From assembly GCA_004431415.1 (NCBI GenBank), contig QPMI01000516.1, positions 1 to 64,000 of the forward strand: 64,000 nucleotides of DNA, in the 5' to 3' direction. The DNA is from Cyanophora paradoxa CCMP329 (Eukaryota > Plantae > Glaucophyta). The notes below the pieces were generated by a model. The model made no database searches and had not been told where the DNA came from. It saw only the letters and a list, made by a program, of their open reading frames with translations. Shown here piece by piece: positions 51,665 to 64,000 of the stretch; the first letter of the stretch is position 1; the number at the start of each line of letters is the position of its first letter. The position numbers and the translations under genes are program-made.

Positions 51665-54600
51665 TTGCTCAATTGCTGTCTTTGCCGCAGTATGGTCGAC
51701 CTTGCCGCTCCCAACAAGTCTTTTCAATACATCGATAAATTTAACTACTTCGATCTCATGCCGGAGAGGCCGATAACCCCGGAAGGGCTGGGCATTTGCA
51801 AGGGGGTGCTGGGCGTCTACGCATACGGCGGCCAGTTGTATTACTTTGCCGACGCGCCTTTCCGCTTTTCCGACCCCGATACCGAAGCGCAAGGTACACA
51901 TCCGATCCGCTTGCGCCATATTTCTATGTATTGCAATTGCATGTATTGTTTATACTACATTTGCGCATGCAGGCGTGTGGATTCTGGCGGCACTGTTACA
52001 TTCGGTTCACGGAAGTTTTGCCAACGCAAGATATTTAGACCCGTCCCCCACATTTTTAACCGACACTATTAGCCCCCGGGCAGTCGATCCCTCGACTTGC
52101 ACATCGTAAGCAAGCGATCCGGGGCATGCATCGATATCTGTTGCTATTGACGATCCGGATTCGATGATTACAGATATTTTATGTACAGCCGGCGATATAA
52201 CGCGACTGCGGCGGATCCGGATTGGCCGGGGCCCTGGGATAATCTGGCGGACTTGTTTTCAGTGACTGGTGTGCCGCTGCGCCGGCCGCAAGGCACTGCT
52301 GCTCCGATTGACGCCGCACCCGCTCTTCGCAGCGATCGTGCCACAGCCCCGCATAACGTGGCACTCTCCGGAAGACATGGCCACCATAGCCGTGGGAGCT
52401 TCGGTTGCGTTTTCGTACTCGGATCCTGGCAGATCTTTTGACCGAGCATCCATCCGTATCGTTTCTGCAAGTAGCGCCACGGCTCCTACCGATGTGCGCT
52501 CAATTGTTTCAAGCCCTCATAGACGCCGGCGGTAAGATTAATTATATTGTATACGTAATCATTCAACCAGGTCGTTCTGTGGAGCGCAAATGCTACTATT
52601 CGGAAATTTGGCGAGAGCTCCAGTCTGGGCGTGTTCATTTCAAGCGAGGTCAATTCGGGCGTGTACAGGCTCGAGATATTCAACGACGAAGGAACGAGCG
52701 TCTCTTCCACAAGATTCGTCGTGCCGCCTCGTGAGCCTATATATATGTCTCGTCCTCCGATTCGCTCGCATGTATAATTAAGTTAGTGGCTACTAGAGGT
52801 CCTGCAGCTGACGCACGTGAATTTAACAGGGACGCCGGCGCTCGTCAGCCTCATCCCGCGGGCGGGTGGCGTCGAACTCTCGACAACGAGCAACGATTCC
52901 CTTCGGCTCCGGTGGATCTCTGCGGCCTACAACTTCAGCGCGCAAGTGTACCTCGTTCCCAGCACCGCAGACGTTGTACAGGTGCATATTGCTGCTGTAC
53001 ATGTCTAGATTGGTTCTCTGCGACTGGAATTTATCGGCCCTCATCATATGACGCATGCACAGTCCTGGACTGGTGTGGTCGTCGGCGAGCTCGCGATCAC
53101 GACCGGTCCTGGGGAAGCGTCGCTACAGCTGCCACCCGGGATTTCCGAAGGAGGTTACGTGCCTCGGATCGTGGACAGGTCGTCGGCTTTCAGCGCCCAT
53201 GAGCTTGCCCCGTACATCGTCGTGAAGCAGGGAGCACCGTCCCCGCTCGCTTGCTCTGGCTTCAACAGCAGCTCTCAGTTCGTGTGGGTTATCGCAACCT
53301 TCACGCCCGGCGTAGGCATAGCTCGCCTTGCTGCCAACTGCACCAGCCTTGGCCGCATCTTTTCGTCGAGCTTAAGCATCAGCGACGCAGACGCTTTTTA
53401 TACATTAATTCGCAGCCCGATCGCACTTTCGTACTCGGGAGATCAATCTGTTAGCTGCAGCGTTTCCGCTCTATCTGCCGTTGGCGACGTCTTAAGCAAT
53501 TGCGCGATCGCAACACCCATCACGGCACCCGCAGGTGCGCGCCCCAATTTTGCGATCTCATTTGCTCATTACATCGAATAATCTCTTCGATCTCGTCGCA
53601 GAGCCGCCAATGTACCCATTTATCGCTGCGAGAGCGGGAAGCAGTATCGGACGTGTGCAGATCCGCGTGCTCTATTCTCCGGGGCAGAGCGTCATCGCCG
53701 GCGATGCCACGTGCACGGGCGAGACAGGGACCTGGCACTCCATGACTTATTGGCATCCCCAATATCTTGACGCAGAGGAGGGCAGTTGGCTGTACGTCGA
53801 CATGCAGCCTTCGTTCACGGGTGACCTAGAAGTGACCTGCACCGCCACCGTCGTCTCGTCGTCGGGACTCCGGTCCGCGGCGTCGCTCCCGTCGACATGC
53901 ACCCTGCCTCCCGCGCCCGCGTCGCCGCCGACGGTTTTATATTACTCGGCGCTCAGTTCGGTTCTCGTGCGTCTCCGAGTCAGCTTTGTTGCAAATCAGA
54001 ACGTAAAGACAAGCGCGGCCGCCTGCTATGGCTACGGTGGGCCGTACACTGGCGCGCAGCCTGCCGTGGACTCGTACTTAAGCGACTTTAATCTTTCCGT
54101 CGCGCCTTCCTACAGCGGCGAGTACGTTTTAATATGCAACGCAACCGTGCAAACCGGGATAGGACTCACCACGGATTCCACGTCTGTGTCAGTGACAGTT
54201 CCGCCGACTGCACCCTCGCCGCCGGATCATGCCTTTGCAGAGGCTCTCAATGCAACGCTTGTTGTGCTAGAGCTTCGATTCCCAAGCAATCAGAGCATCG
54301 CATCGCTCGAGGCGCGCTGTGTGGGGATTGGAATAGAGTTCAACGCGAGTCGATTGCAGACGGTCTCGATTGGAAACTCTACGCGCGTTGGATTCAGTTT
54401 TGTCACGCCGCCAATGTACAACAGCAGCTACGGGCTGTCTTGCATGGTCACTGTTCGCGCCACCACACAACTCGCTGCGTCAAAAAACGTTTACATTACC
54501 GTGCCGCCGGCTCCCCCGTCACCGCCCTTCATTATCAGAGCCGTAGCGCTGGAACCGACGGTCAGCAACTTCACGATTCGCTTTGTGCGCGGTCAAAGCG

Positions 54601-57600
54601 TCGTTGCTGTCAACATGAGCTGCAGCGGCAGCAGAGGGGAGCCTGGATTCGTCGCGACGCAAGCAGTCTTCGATGACATTGCTGAGGGATTCAACGTCAG
54701 CGTTCCTTTGCGGCCAGAGTACGGCGGCGCAACCGAAAGGAACTGCACGACAACGGCGGTCACTTCTGCTGGCGTCGCTTCGGAGTCCGAACGAGTGGCG
54801 CTGCTTGTGCCGCCCGCAGCGCCGGCTGCACCCAGCATCGCCTTCCTCGGGGCGCTCAATTCGACTGCCGTACAGCTTGTGGCTCGCTTTGCGCCCCATC
54901 AGAGCGTCCAGGCCGTTGAAGTCAGTTGCTCGGGAAGCAAAGGCACTTTCAATGCGAGCAGTGACACTTCGTCGGCCATCGATGTCGCTGTTCTGGAAAT
55001 CGAGGTCAGCGCATCCGCAAGCTTAGAACTCGAACTCATCATGCCAGTCCCACCTGCGTACGACGGAGGCTTCTCCCTCGTTTGCACGGCAGCGGCGCGC
55101 GCGGTGACGGGGCTGTTTGGAGTATCTTCTCGGGAAACGGTGCTGGTGCCGCCAACGCCGCCGTCGGCTCCACTTCTCCATTCAGCCGCAGCATTCAATG
55201 CAACTCTCGTGATCTTGCATACACGCATCCAAGCGGAGCAGAGTGTAATCGCAGTCGAAGCAAAATGCGAGGGTGCAGGTGGTTCTTTCTCCTCGACGCT
55301 AAGCGTGAGCGACACTTTCGATCGATCTTCGGACTTCAACGTCAGCGTCCCTGTTCCCCCCTTTTATGCCGGATATACTCGCCTCTCGTGCGTTGTTGTG
55401 GCGCGTTCTGCTACGGGCCTGGGTACGGCATCGACGGCAATGAGCGCGGAAGTCCCCCCAACTGCTCCTTCGGCTCCAACAATTGCGTCATCGTTCGCTC
55501 GGAACGCCACAATCATCGAGCTCGCTGTGAGGTTCACGGCGGGGCAGAACGTTGCCTTGGTGACTGCGAACTGCACGAGCGGGCTGTTGTCGAGTTCCGC
55601 GAGCATTGCAATCAACGGCAGCAATGCGAGCATTTCTACGTCTGTGCTCGTCGTTCCTGTGCCTCCTTTGTACAGCAGCTCCTCGAACTGGACTTGCGAT
55701 GCGTCTGTGCATGCAAGTAGCGGGCTTTCGGCGCATCTCGGCACAAACATACCGCCGCAAGTTACGGTTCCGGAAGCTCCTCCGTCAGCGCCTGCGTTGG
55801 TCTTCTCATCGGCCCTTAATGCAACACTCGCGTCGCTTGAAGCGCGGTTCTCACCTGGGCAAAGCATCGTGGCGCTCGATGTTAGTTGTTCAGGGATGGG
55901 CGGACCGTACGCTTCGAGCCTCGCGGTGTCGGATGCAAACGCTACGGGAGTCGTGGTTCTTATCCAACTTGCAATGTCTTCTGGCGGCAGCTTCGATATC
56001 GACTGCAGCGTGTCCGCTCGGTCGTCGGCTGGTGCGCTCTCTGATGCGGAGCGCAGCGGACCAATCACTGTGCCAGGTACAGTCACAATTGTTCTGGCAA
56101 ACTGAAGCTTAAGATTGCGCCGAGCTGTATTTTTGACAGTGGATTCCGCGCGCAGGCATCTACAGCGCGCGCGCAACTCGGAAATCCGTCGCCGAATTGC
56201 TCTCCTGGCAAGGCTTTTCGTCAGGCGTCTACCTTCGCACGCCAGCCGGGGGCGCTTTCTTTGCAGTCCTCGGCGGCTCTTCGGACAACATATTCGTTCT
56301 GGATGTTGGTAAGCGCAGCGATTGATATCCATGTCCGGATTTTGAACCATAACGATTGGCTATATATATACTATTATATTATTTTCTGTAGGTCGGAACA
56401 TATGGAGCCTGCTGGAGCAAGAATCACCGTTCAGTGCATCGGGAATGGCGTGCAGCTGGGACAGAGCCAGCACGCTGTACTGCTCTGGTGTGTTTGCATA
56501 CTTGTTGTATTTATTCAAAGCAAAACACGAGTGCTGCTATTCAGGCGGATTCAACGGTGGCGCCGGTGATGGAGGACACGTGGCCTCTTTCTTCAGCCTG
56601 TCTGTGTCGAGCGAGACGATTCTCGACAATGTCCGTGTTCTGCCGAGCATGCCCGTCGCCCGGTCGCAGCATTGTTCGTCATTTCATTTTGTCGGTTTCG
56701 AGTTCGCTTCTCTGGTTCTTATTAGCTACCTGTTCTGCAGGCATGAGCGTTTTCAATCGAAGCGTATGGGTGCGATTGCAATTAAGTATTTCGCGCATAC
56801 ATCATGCGCGAGTTTTGAAACTGAAACTGTGTTAGGTGTTTGGAGGCATCGACGATTCTTCCACATGGCGCAATGACCTCGTGCGGTGCGTTCATTTTAC
56901 GATATGCACTCAGCCACTCCGAGGCTGAGTGTCTCGAAATCGCTCCGAGACTAAGGGTCTCGCAGGTTCGACGTGCTCACGCTCGCGTGGTCCACGGAGA
57001 TTCTGGATGGGAACTTGGGCTTGCCTCGGCTCCGATCTCCGACCCGCACTCTCATCGGTTCGATCTCGCGTTGAATATTTATGTAATTCTCACCGCTCTG
57101 ACCGAAGCGCGGCACGCTTAGGCTCCCAGTTGCTCGTAGCAAGTTCAATCGCCACAGCGACTCCCGGGGCGTTTACGGTCTATAGCTAGTTCGTCATTTG
57201 CTCTCCCATCACATGCGAGCCTAGATCTCGGCGAAATCTCTGACTCGAGCTGTTGCGTTTGCAGCTCGACGGACCTCGCAGAAACTGCGGCCAAGGGCTC
57301 GAATCGGCGCTCGTTCCGCCCTGCAGCAACCGTCACGTTCCCTGCGGCCGCCGCTGCATCGGCGGGAGATCTAGAGCCTCGGCTCGTGCTCGGCGTCTGC
57401 CATGGACTTCTTTTCGCCCTCCACGGCGCCCATTTTGCGCTGTTGGACCCCGCGGGTGCGCCTTTAATATCGCTGAGGGATAAGCGCGCGCGTACGCTGA
57501 TTCTACGGCTTTTTGATCCGTTCCAGATGGCTCCCTCGAGTTTGAAGGGCGGATGTAGGCCGAAGTCGCACTGCGCGGCGCAGTGCACGACACCTCCTGC

Positions 57601-60600
57601 GCCGCGTGCAGCGGGTGCGAAATTAAACCCACCACGATCGCAAAGAATGATAGGAGCATTGAATTGAGTCTCCCCTTAGCATCTTTGCGTTCAACAACGC
57701 CACGATCCGAGCGGACGCCATCGATGTGTATGGCGTTTCAGGTGAGCGCCCGCTCTTCTTGTAAATTCAATGCCGTCTGACGATCTGTCTATGCAAGGAA
57801 CCGTGCCCCTCGTCGACCCCAGCAGCTGCCTGTACCCCTGGCCAGGGGAGCTCGTCGCTGCAGTACCCTCCGCCGGATCTACACCGCCCACCCCCTCGCC
57901 ATCACCGTCTCCGCCCAATCTGACGCCCATCGTCGTGGTCTCTTCTTCGCCGCCCACGCCCACGGCGCTTGCAGCCTCAAGTGAGAGTCCGGACGTGACG
58001 CCGACCACGACACCTTCGCCTTCCCCCGTGGCCACTCCTTCCCTACCCCCGAGCCCATCTCCGCCGCCTCTCCCCTCCCCGTCTCCCAGCCTCCAAGCCG
58101 TCGTCGTCGCCACTTTCTGGGCGTCCGTCCCCGCATCTCGCCCCGAGTGCGACGCGTACAGACAGCGCTACACGCCCTCCGATGTCGCCGAGAGCGTCAC
58201 CTCTCTCGTCGCTGTGTACCTCGGCAAGCCCTCCGAATCGGTGCGTGTTTTGATCACTGGTTCTGCAGCTAGATATCGATTCGATTCGGAATAATCGACA
58301 GCTCCCGGCGCGCCTGCGCGGCGACGAGATATTGTGCGGGTCCATCCTCGTTCGATTCTCGCTGGTGTCGGACCCCCTCTCGGCCCCCATCGAGTCTGTC
58401 GATGTGCTGCGTGGCCTCGCGAATCTGACGAGAAGCGCGCGGCTCTTTCTCCCCGGCCTGACGGACCGTTACGCATTGTCTCTTTCAAACGCTTCGTTTT
58501 CGTTGAGCTCTCTTGGAGCCCTTGTCCCTGAGCTGGCAGCCGGCGGAACGATCCTTGCAAACCCTCAGCAGCCTTCAATTGCAAACCCGTCGGATCCGGC
58601 GCCCAGCTCCGGTTCAGGCTCTGGATCGGCGGCGGGCATTGCCGGCGGGATGGCCGCAGCAGTCGCCGTCCTCGCGGGGGCCGTTGGTGGGATATTGTGG
58701 CTCCGGCGGCGGCGCATGCGGGCATATGAACAGGCGGAAAGGGCTGGGCGCGACGTCGAAATAGCAGCGGTAACTGCGATTTAATGAATATACCCGTCTC
58801 AAATGCATGCGCATCTATCTCACGCGGCGAGCAGGTCACTGCGGAGACAGCCATCGGCCGCTCGCCGGTCGCCACTTCTGGCGCTTTTGCGCGACTAACT
58901 GACCATGGCGAAATGGTCGCCACAGTATGGCCGGGGGTGCGTGCACATACACATCACATGAGGTTCCGACGCGTGAGATATTCGCAAATCAAACGAATTT
59001 CGCAGACATTGTTCCCCGAGTTGACTGGAAAGCCTAAGCCTCCGGCACAAGCTGAGAGCCCGAAGCTAAAAGACACCCAATGGGTTCGACAAAAGAAGCC
59101 GGACGCCCCTGCGCCATCCGCAGCAGCTCCTCCCCCGCCCCAGGGCCAGGGCCCCTGGTCGCCACCGGCGCCTCCGGACGCTCTCCTCGCGAGCATCCGC
59201 GAGCCGATTGGATTGCTCGGAGAAGGCGCCTTTGGGAGAGGTGCCTTTCATAATATATAGACGTCGACCCGGGTTCAATTTGCGATCCTGTCTCTTTGCC
59301 TAAGCAAGAGCGCCGGCTCGCAGTTTACGCAGTGGCTTTGGAAGAGTCGCAGGCGACGTGGCTCCCGACGAACGCGTCCCCTCAATCACAGCCGAGCATG
59401 GGCCCATCCGACTCTGGACACGTGCGGATCAAGCGCGCCGTGAAACAGGTAACCTTTATACATAATCGTTTGCAATGCGTCCTTCGGATTGGGGTTGATG
59501 TACATATATTGCAAAACGCGCAGGTAGCGCTTACCGATCCAGAAGTCGGAGCCCGCGAAATCCACGGGGCGAAGATGCAGATGGTACTTATTATGCACTA
59601 AGCTCCCGAAACCTGACGGGCCGAAGCTCTCATCGACGTTCGCGCCTCTATCGTGCAGGACTCTGTCCATCCGCACGTCTTGCACTGCGAGGCGATCTTC
59701 GCCGACCGGATCCACCTCTACATCGGTGCGGCATCGACAGCTGCAGCATGTCGAATGCGCGCCGCGCATGCCTGACGCACTCTTGGCAGTTCTGCCGCTC
59801 GCGGACACGTCCCTAAGCAGCCTGCTCGCCTCCAACCCCATCCTTCCGCCCCCCCTCGCCGTCAATTTCGCCGCACAGATCGCGAAAGGTGCGATGCTGT
59901 TTTCGTCGGATTAGTATCAGCGCGCCGTCACCAATTTGGTTTTCACCGATCCCACTCGCCTAGGCATGGCGTATCTGCACCACGAAAGGGTCCCACCGGT
60001 GGCCCACCGTGATCTTAAACCGCAGAACATCCTCGTCTTTAGAAATGAGCCGGTAATTATAAGCCGCCCTCTTGATCGCAATTGCAAATTTCTAAAACGC
60101 GCACATTTCATTCTATAGCTAGTCGGCATATCATTGAATTCTTTCCGTTGCACTCAGTTGCATTCGCAGCAGTCTGACGACACAAGCGCGTTGCCCAGTG
60201 CTACGCTTCGTCTCTGCGATTTCGGTCCGCATACGCCCTGAATGAACGGTTGTTTCATTGCTGTCTGATGGCGTCGAATATAAGGCATCTCCCGACACGC
60301 GGAGACCGTGAAATCCATACGAGGCACTCTGTAAGTGGTCTTTGTGTAGAACACTGACATGTTGATCACTGATATGTGCCGACGTTTTGCATGTGCAGAA
60401 TCTACATGCCCCCAGGTGCAAGGCGACACCGTATCAAAAACATATTGAGCATGCTCTAAATTTAAATTTGAACCTATTTATTCTGTCAATAACGCTCATC
60501 CATTTTGCGCATTTATTCTCAGAATCCTTTGCCGAGCACTCGCCCCTGAAAGCGGACGTGAGCCATTACTTTTTTTCTGCCTTTCTTTGATCCCCGCGCT

Positions 60601-61030
60601 GTTAAAATATTTGACGTTGTTTTCGCGGTCGGATCCCTGCGCATGCTCAGGTCTGGGCGTTTGGCCTCGTTCTTCTGGAGATGCTAACAGGTGCAAATTC
60701 AACTTGAGGATGACGCCCATGTCGTAATAAGGTGCTGAATACGAAAACCCGACCGCGATGCTCGTGCCTCTGTTTTGCAGGCGCAAGACCGTACGATGGC
60801 CGTTTAGTAGGACCGGAGGAGCTCATCCGCGGGCAACCGTTCCGCAAGGGTAATCGAATAAGCCGTCCCAGGGTGCTATATGCTATAAAACGATAAGCTA
60901 CAAGCTAGAGGGGGAGTACTCCCAGCATCTTTTAATTTCTTGCTGCCATGAATTCGCAGAGACTTTCGAGGCGCTTCCCAGGCAGCTCGAGAGCCTCGCA
61001 AGGGAGTGCCTCATGCGGAACCCCCTTCAT
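51665..61030 (+). CDS. Host intron-rich receptor-like protein kinase (Ig/FN3-like ectodomain repeats, Pro/Ser stalk, TM helix, TKL-type kinase); exon limits approximate
   Basis: ~100-aa VPPxxPSxP repeats at 53535-56105; TM AAAVAVLAGAVGGILWLRRRR at ~58650-58715; LGEGAFGR at 59215; AHRDLKPQNIL at 60000; LRLCDFG at 60205; many short GT-AG introns. Linkage into a single gene is inferred. Confidence 0.7.
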
Positions 61031-61899
61031 CGCCCCGATTTCATGTGCACAATTTGCTTGCGATTGCGCTAATCTGAACGCGGTCTAGTAACTTGAGCTT
61101 GCAATGTCCGCAGGACAATCTGCGGCAAGCTGGAAGATCTCCAGATTCAACTGCGCATCTCCCAAGCTGAGCCGCCAGCTGCAGCAAATGAAGCGAAAGT
61201 TATCGACCGTGGATACTTTCGCAATGCGAATCAGAATGTACAGTTGGCGTAGGCAGATCAATAGACCTGCGTAGGCAGCTGCAGGAGAGGCTAGTTTCAG
61301 TAATATGTATGCCCAGTGCGAGTACGCCAAGGCATAGGTTAGCGTAAGCCAGCGTGACAATGTATACGTATTTGAAACATAGCAATAGTATCAGACGCCT
61401 ATGCTCGAGTGGAGGTATCCCGAATAGATTTCCAAATATCGAACAGAAATTGTTGCGATTTCCTGTTCGAAATCTACGAACAGAAAGAACTACCTCGATC
61501 GATGCTCCACGGAAAAATTGAGAAGGATCTTGGGAGAGTGCATGTGCTGGGGTTAGGCCATCCGCTTGATTGCAAAGGAAGATAATTATAAAGACTTCGA
61601 AATTCGAGGCACCGTCAAGGCGACGCCCCCGCAAGGAGCTCAGCCCGCGATTGCAATTGGAAGCTTCCCAGCCCAGTATATCTATTAGCCATGCAGACCA
61701 TCGACCATCCACATATAAATGCAGCCGGCAGCATTAGGATCTATTGGAGAGATATGCATCTGAATTCACAGTCGCGATCGTCTGTACATGTGATTGTGGG
61801 TTCACCCCACAGCATTCTCTAAAGCGTTTGAGCGGCTGAAGTACAGCACTCGGAGTCCAGCGGCTGAATATACACGCTGCATGCTCGACGGCTCTTGGA

Positions 61900-62890
61900 C
61901 CCGATATTTCTTTTACTTGACGTAGTACGTGTACTTCCAGCTGCAGAAGTTCTCGGGCCTGAAGACGCGCGCCCCCGTGTCGGACACGATCGCCGTGAAC
62001 CGCGTCGGATGCTGCGAGCCCGAATATTGGAACCCCGGACAGATATCCCGAGATATCGATTGTTACGGCAGGGTGATTTCTAGCCAAATCCGGCGCCGAG
62101 CTAGTCTTCGTAGCATATTGGATAGGATTCTCGCGATCGCCTTTCTCGATTCTTGAAGCCCGAATATTACAATTAGAACCCCGGACATATATTTCGAAAT
62201 GGCCGAGATGCGCGGGCTTAAGCTTGCCTGCGGGCCGGTGAAGAACTCGTTGGCCTCGTCGAGGAGGTCCTGCAGCGTTCGCCCCGGCTTCCATTTCTGC
62301 GCGAGCGAGCCTCGGAGCGCGACGACGTCGACTCAAACTCGCGCCGCGTCCAAAATTAAATCGTTCGAATTGTATAATCAAGACTGAAAAAGGCGCCGGG
62401 TGACGCGGCGCACCACCTCCAGCGCTTCGCCGCCGGCCGTCGGGGGCCACACCGCCAGCGCCAGCATGCGGGGGGAGCCGACTTCCTGGACGGGCTGCGG
62501 CACGGCAGCCGGCACCGGCGCCGGAACCGGTGGCGCCGGCGCGGGCGGGGCCACCAATGCAGGGGCCGGCTGCGGTGCGGCAGCTGCAGCCAGCTGCAGC
62601 GCCTGCACTGCAGCTGGCGCCGCGGCCAGAACCGGTGGCGCGGGCGGCGCCGCCAATCCAGGGGCCGGCTGCGGCGCGCCGGCCGGCTCTGGCGCCGGAA
62701 CCGGTGGCGCGGGCGGCACAGCGAATGCAGGGGCCGCGGAGGCGGCAGGAGCAGCACAGGCCGGTGGGGCCGGTGGCCATGGGGCCGACTTCGCCGCCGC
62801 AGGCGCTGAGGCCGCCGCCGAGGTGCCCGTCGCTGCAAGAACCGCGAATTTAAAAGCATTTGCGCTGAGTTCACTGCCAGCGGCCCCCTG
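61900..62890. other. Probable host gene fragment with an Ala/Gly/Pro low-complexity exon
   Basis: Exon-like stretch at ~61930-62070 (+) and AGTGGAG-type repeats at 62400-62891; strand and product unresolved. Confidence 0.3.
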
Positions 62891-64000
62891 ATGAAATGCT
62901 CAGCGAGTACCTCAGTAGCTCTAGGCCTTAAACTATGCGAAGGCTAGCGCTCGATCGATATCGCGATCACCTGATCATGAGCGAGATTTAAATTTGAAGC
63001 GGCTCCCGGCGCGTACGCGAGCTGGAAGCCGGCGTTAACGTTGGTGTCGACGTCCTGCATTTGCACATGCTCAGCTGCAGCATGCGCAGCCTTTATCGTG
63101 GTCGCGACCGGCATCGTATCTTGCAGTCTCCCCAATTGCGATTCCAATATTGATGCAAGGAAATGCGAACCGGAGAGGGTGGAGCCAGATCGAGATCGCT
63201 TATGTTGTCGCCGGCTTTGTGCGCGTCGAACTCGAATTTGAAGTGCGCGGGCGGAGCGACGAAGACGGGGTCAGAGCTCGATGCGCCGGTGGTCGACGTC
63301 TGCAGCTGATTGACGTCAGCGGCGTCGTTTTCGATTTAACAAATAAGTGGCGAATCCAGGGATTCCGGAGAGCGCATCAAAGCGAACCTTCGGAATCCGC
63401 GCCTCAATTGTCCCCTTGTCGTTCTGATCATGACCAAGCCTGCAAATAAATTATAAATTAATTTGGAAGCGCGTCGGAAAGACTTTTATATTCTATGCAA
63501 ATTCGAAAGACCACTCGAGCCCAGATTTCATAAGCCGCTGAGCGCGCCTGGGAGACTCTGCAGCCTTGCTCTGGCCATGGGTCGCAGCCTTCAATCCTTG
63601 GACTCGGCGGCGCTTCACGGCAGGGGCGGCCACGGGCGGTCCCTGCGCATCGGGCGCCTGATGTCGGCTGTGAAAAATCGAACGAGCTCGCGCTGGAGCT
63701 TGTGTGCACCGCGTCGACGTCTTCGGTGTCGATGTCGGAGGCGTCGAATCCGGATTCCCGAGAACCCCTCTTCGGTGCGCTCAATTGCAGCCTGCCCTTG
63801 CAGTTTCCGGGGGGCGCCGGCAGCGTGTGCGCGTCGGCGATGTTCTGCATGTCAATCGTGTCGAAGAACTCTTGCTGAAGATTGCGCGCTCTGCGGTTTA
63901 ATTTTGCGTGAAGGCGTGTGAAGTCTGCGCCGTAATTTTAACGGCGCATCGCACTCACTCGCGAATGGCCTGCATTACGACGCGGCGGCGCGCGCGGATC

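Overview
Eukaryotic genomic DNA with three compartments. (1) ~1-8,480 is an AT-richer, capsid-less Polinton/Maverick-like module: AEP primase-PriCT2-SF3 helicase, protein-primed family B DNA polymerase, RVE integrase and a prokaryote-type SAM decarboxylase, bracketed by repeat/hairpin structures. (2) ~8,600-48,700 is a GC-rich, apparently near-complete ~40 kb endogenous small dsDNA virus with the Mriyavirus (Yaravirus-related) gene set: major capsid protein, A32-type packaging ATPase, VLTF3, RuvC/A22 resolvase, two tandem HUH endonucleases, SSB, YqaJ exonuclease and SF3 helicase, with no DNA or RNA polymerase recognised. It contains a 124-bp inverted repeat resembling a fused genome-end/origin junction, two divergent genes full of short spliceosomal introns (one splits the helicase Walker A), phage-like fibre genes and an 862-bp retroelement-like insertion with a 38-bp duplication. 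A W-TTTCT motif precedes almost every gene of BOTH elements, suggesting shared regulation. (3) ~48,900-64,000 is host DNA, mainly an intron-rich receptor-like kinase gene. Most frameshifts are single-base indels in short homopolymers and may be assembly errors. All family calls come from motif recognition by eye; no searches were run.
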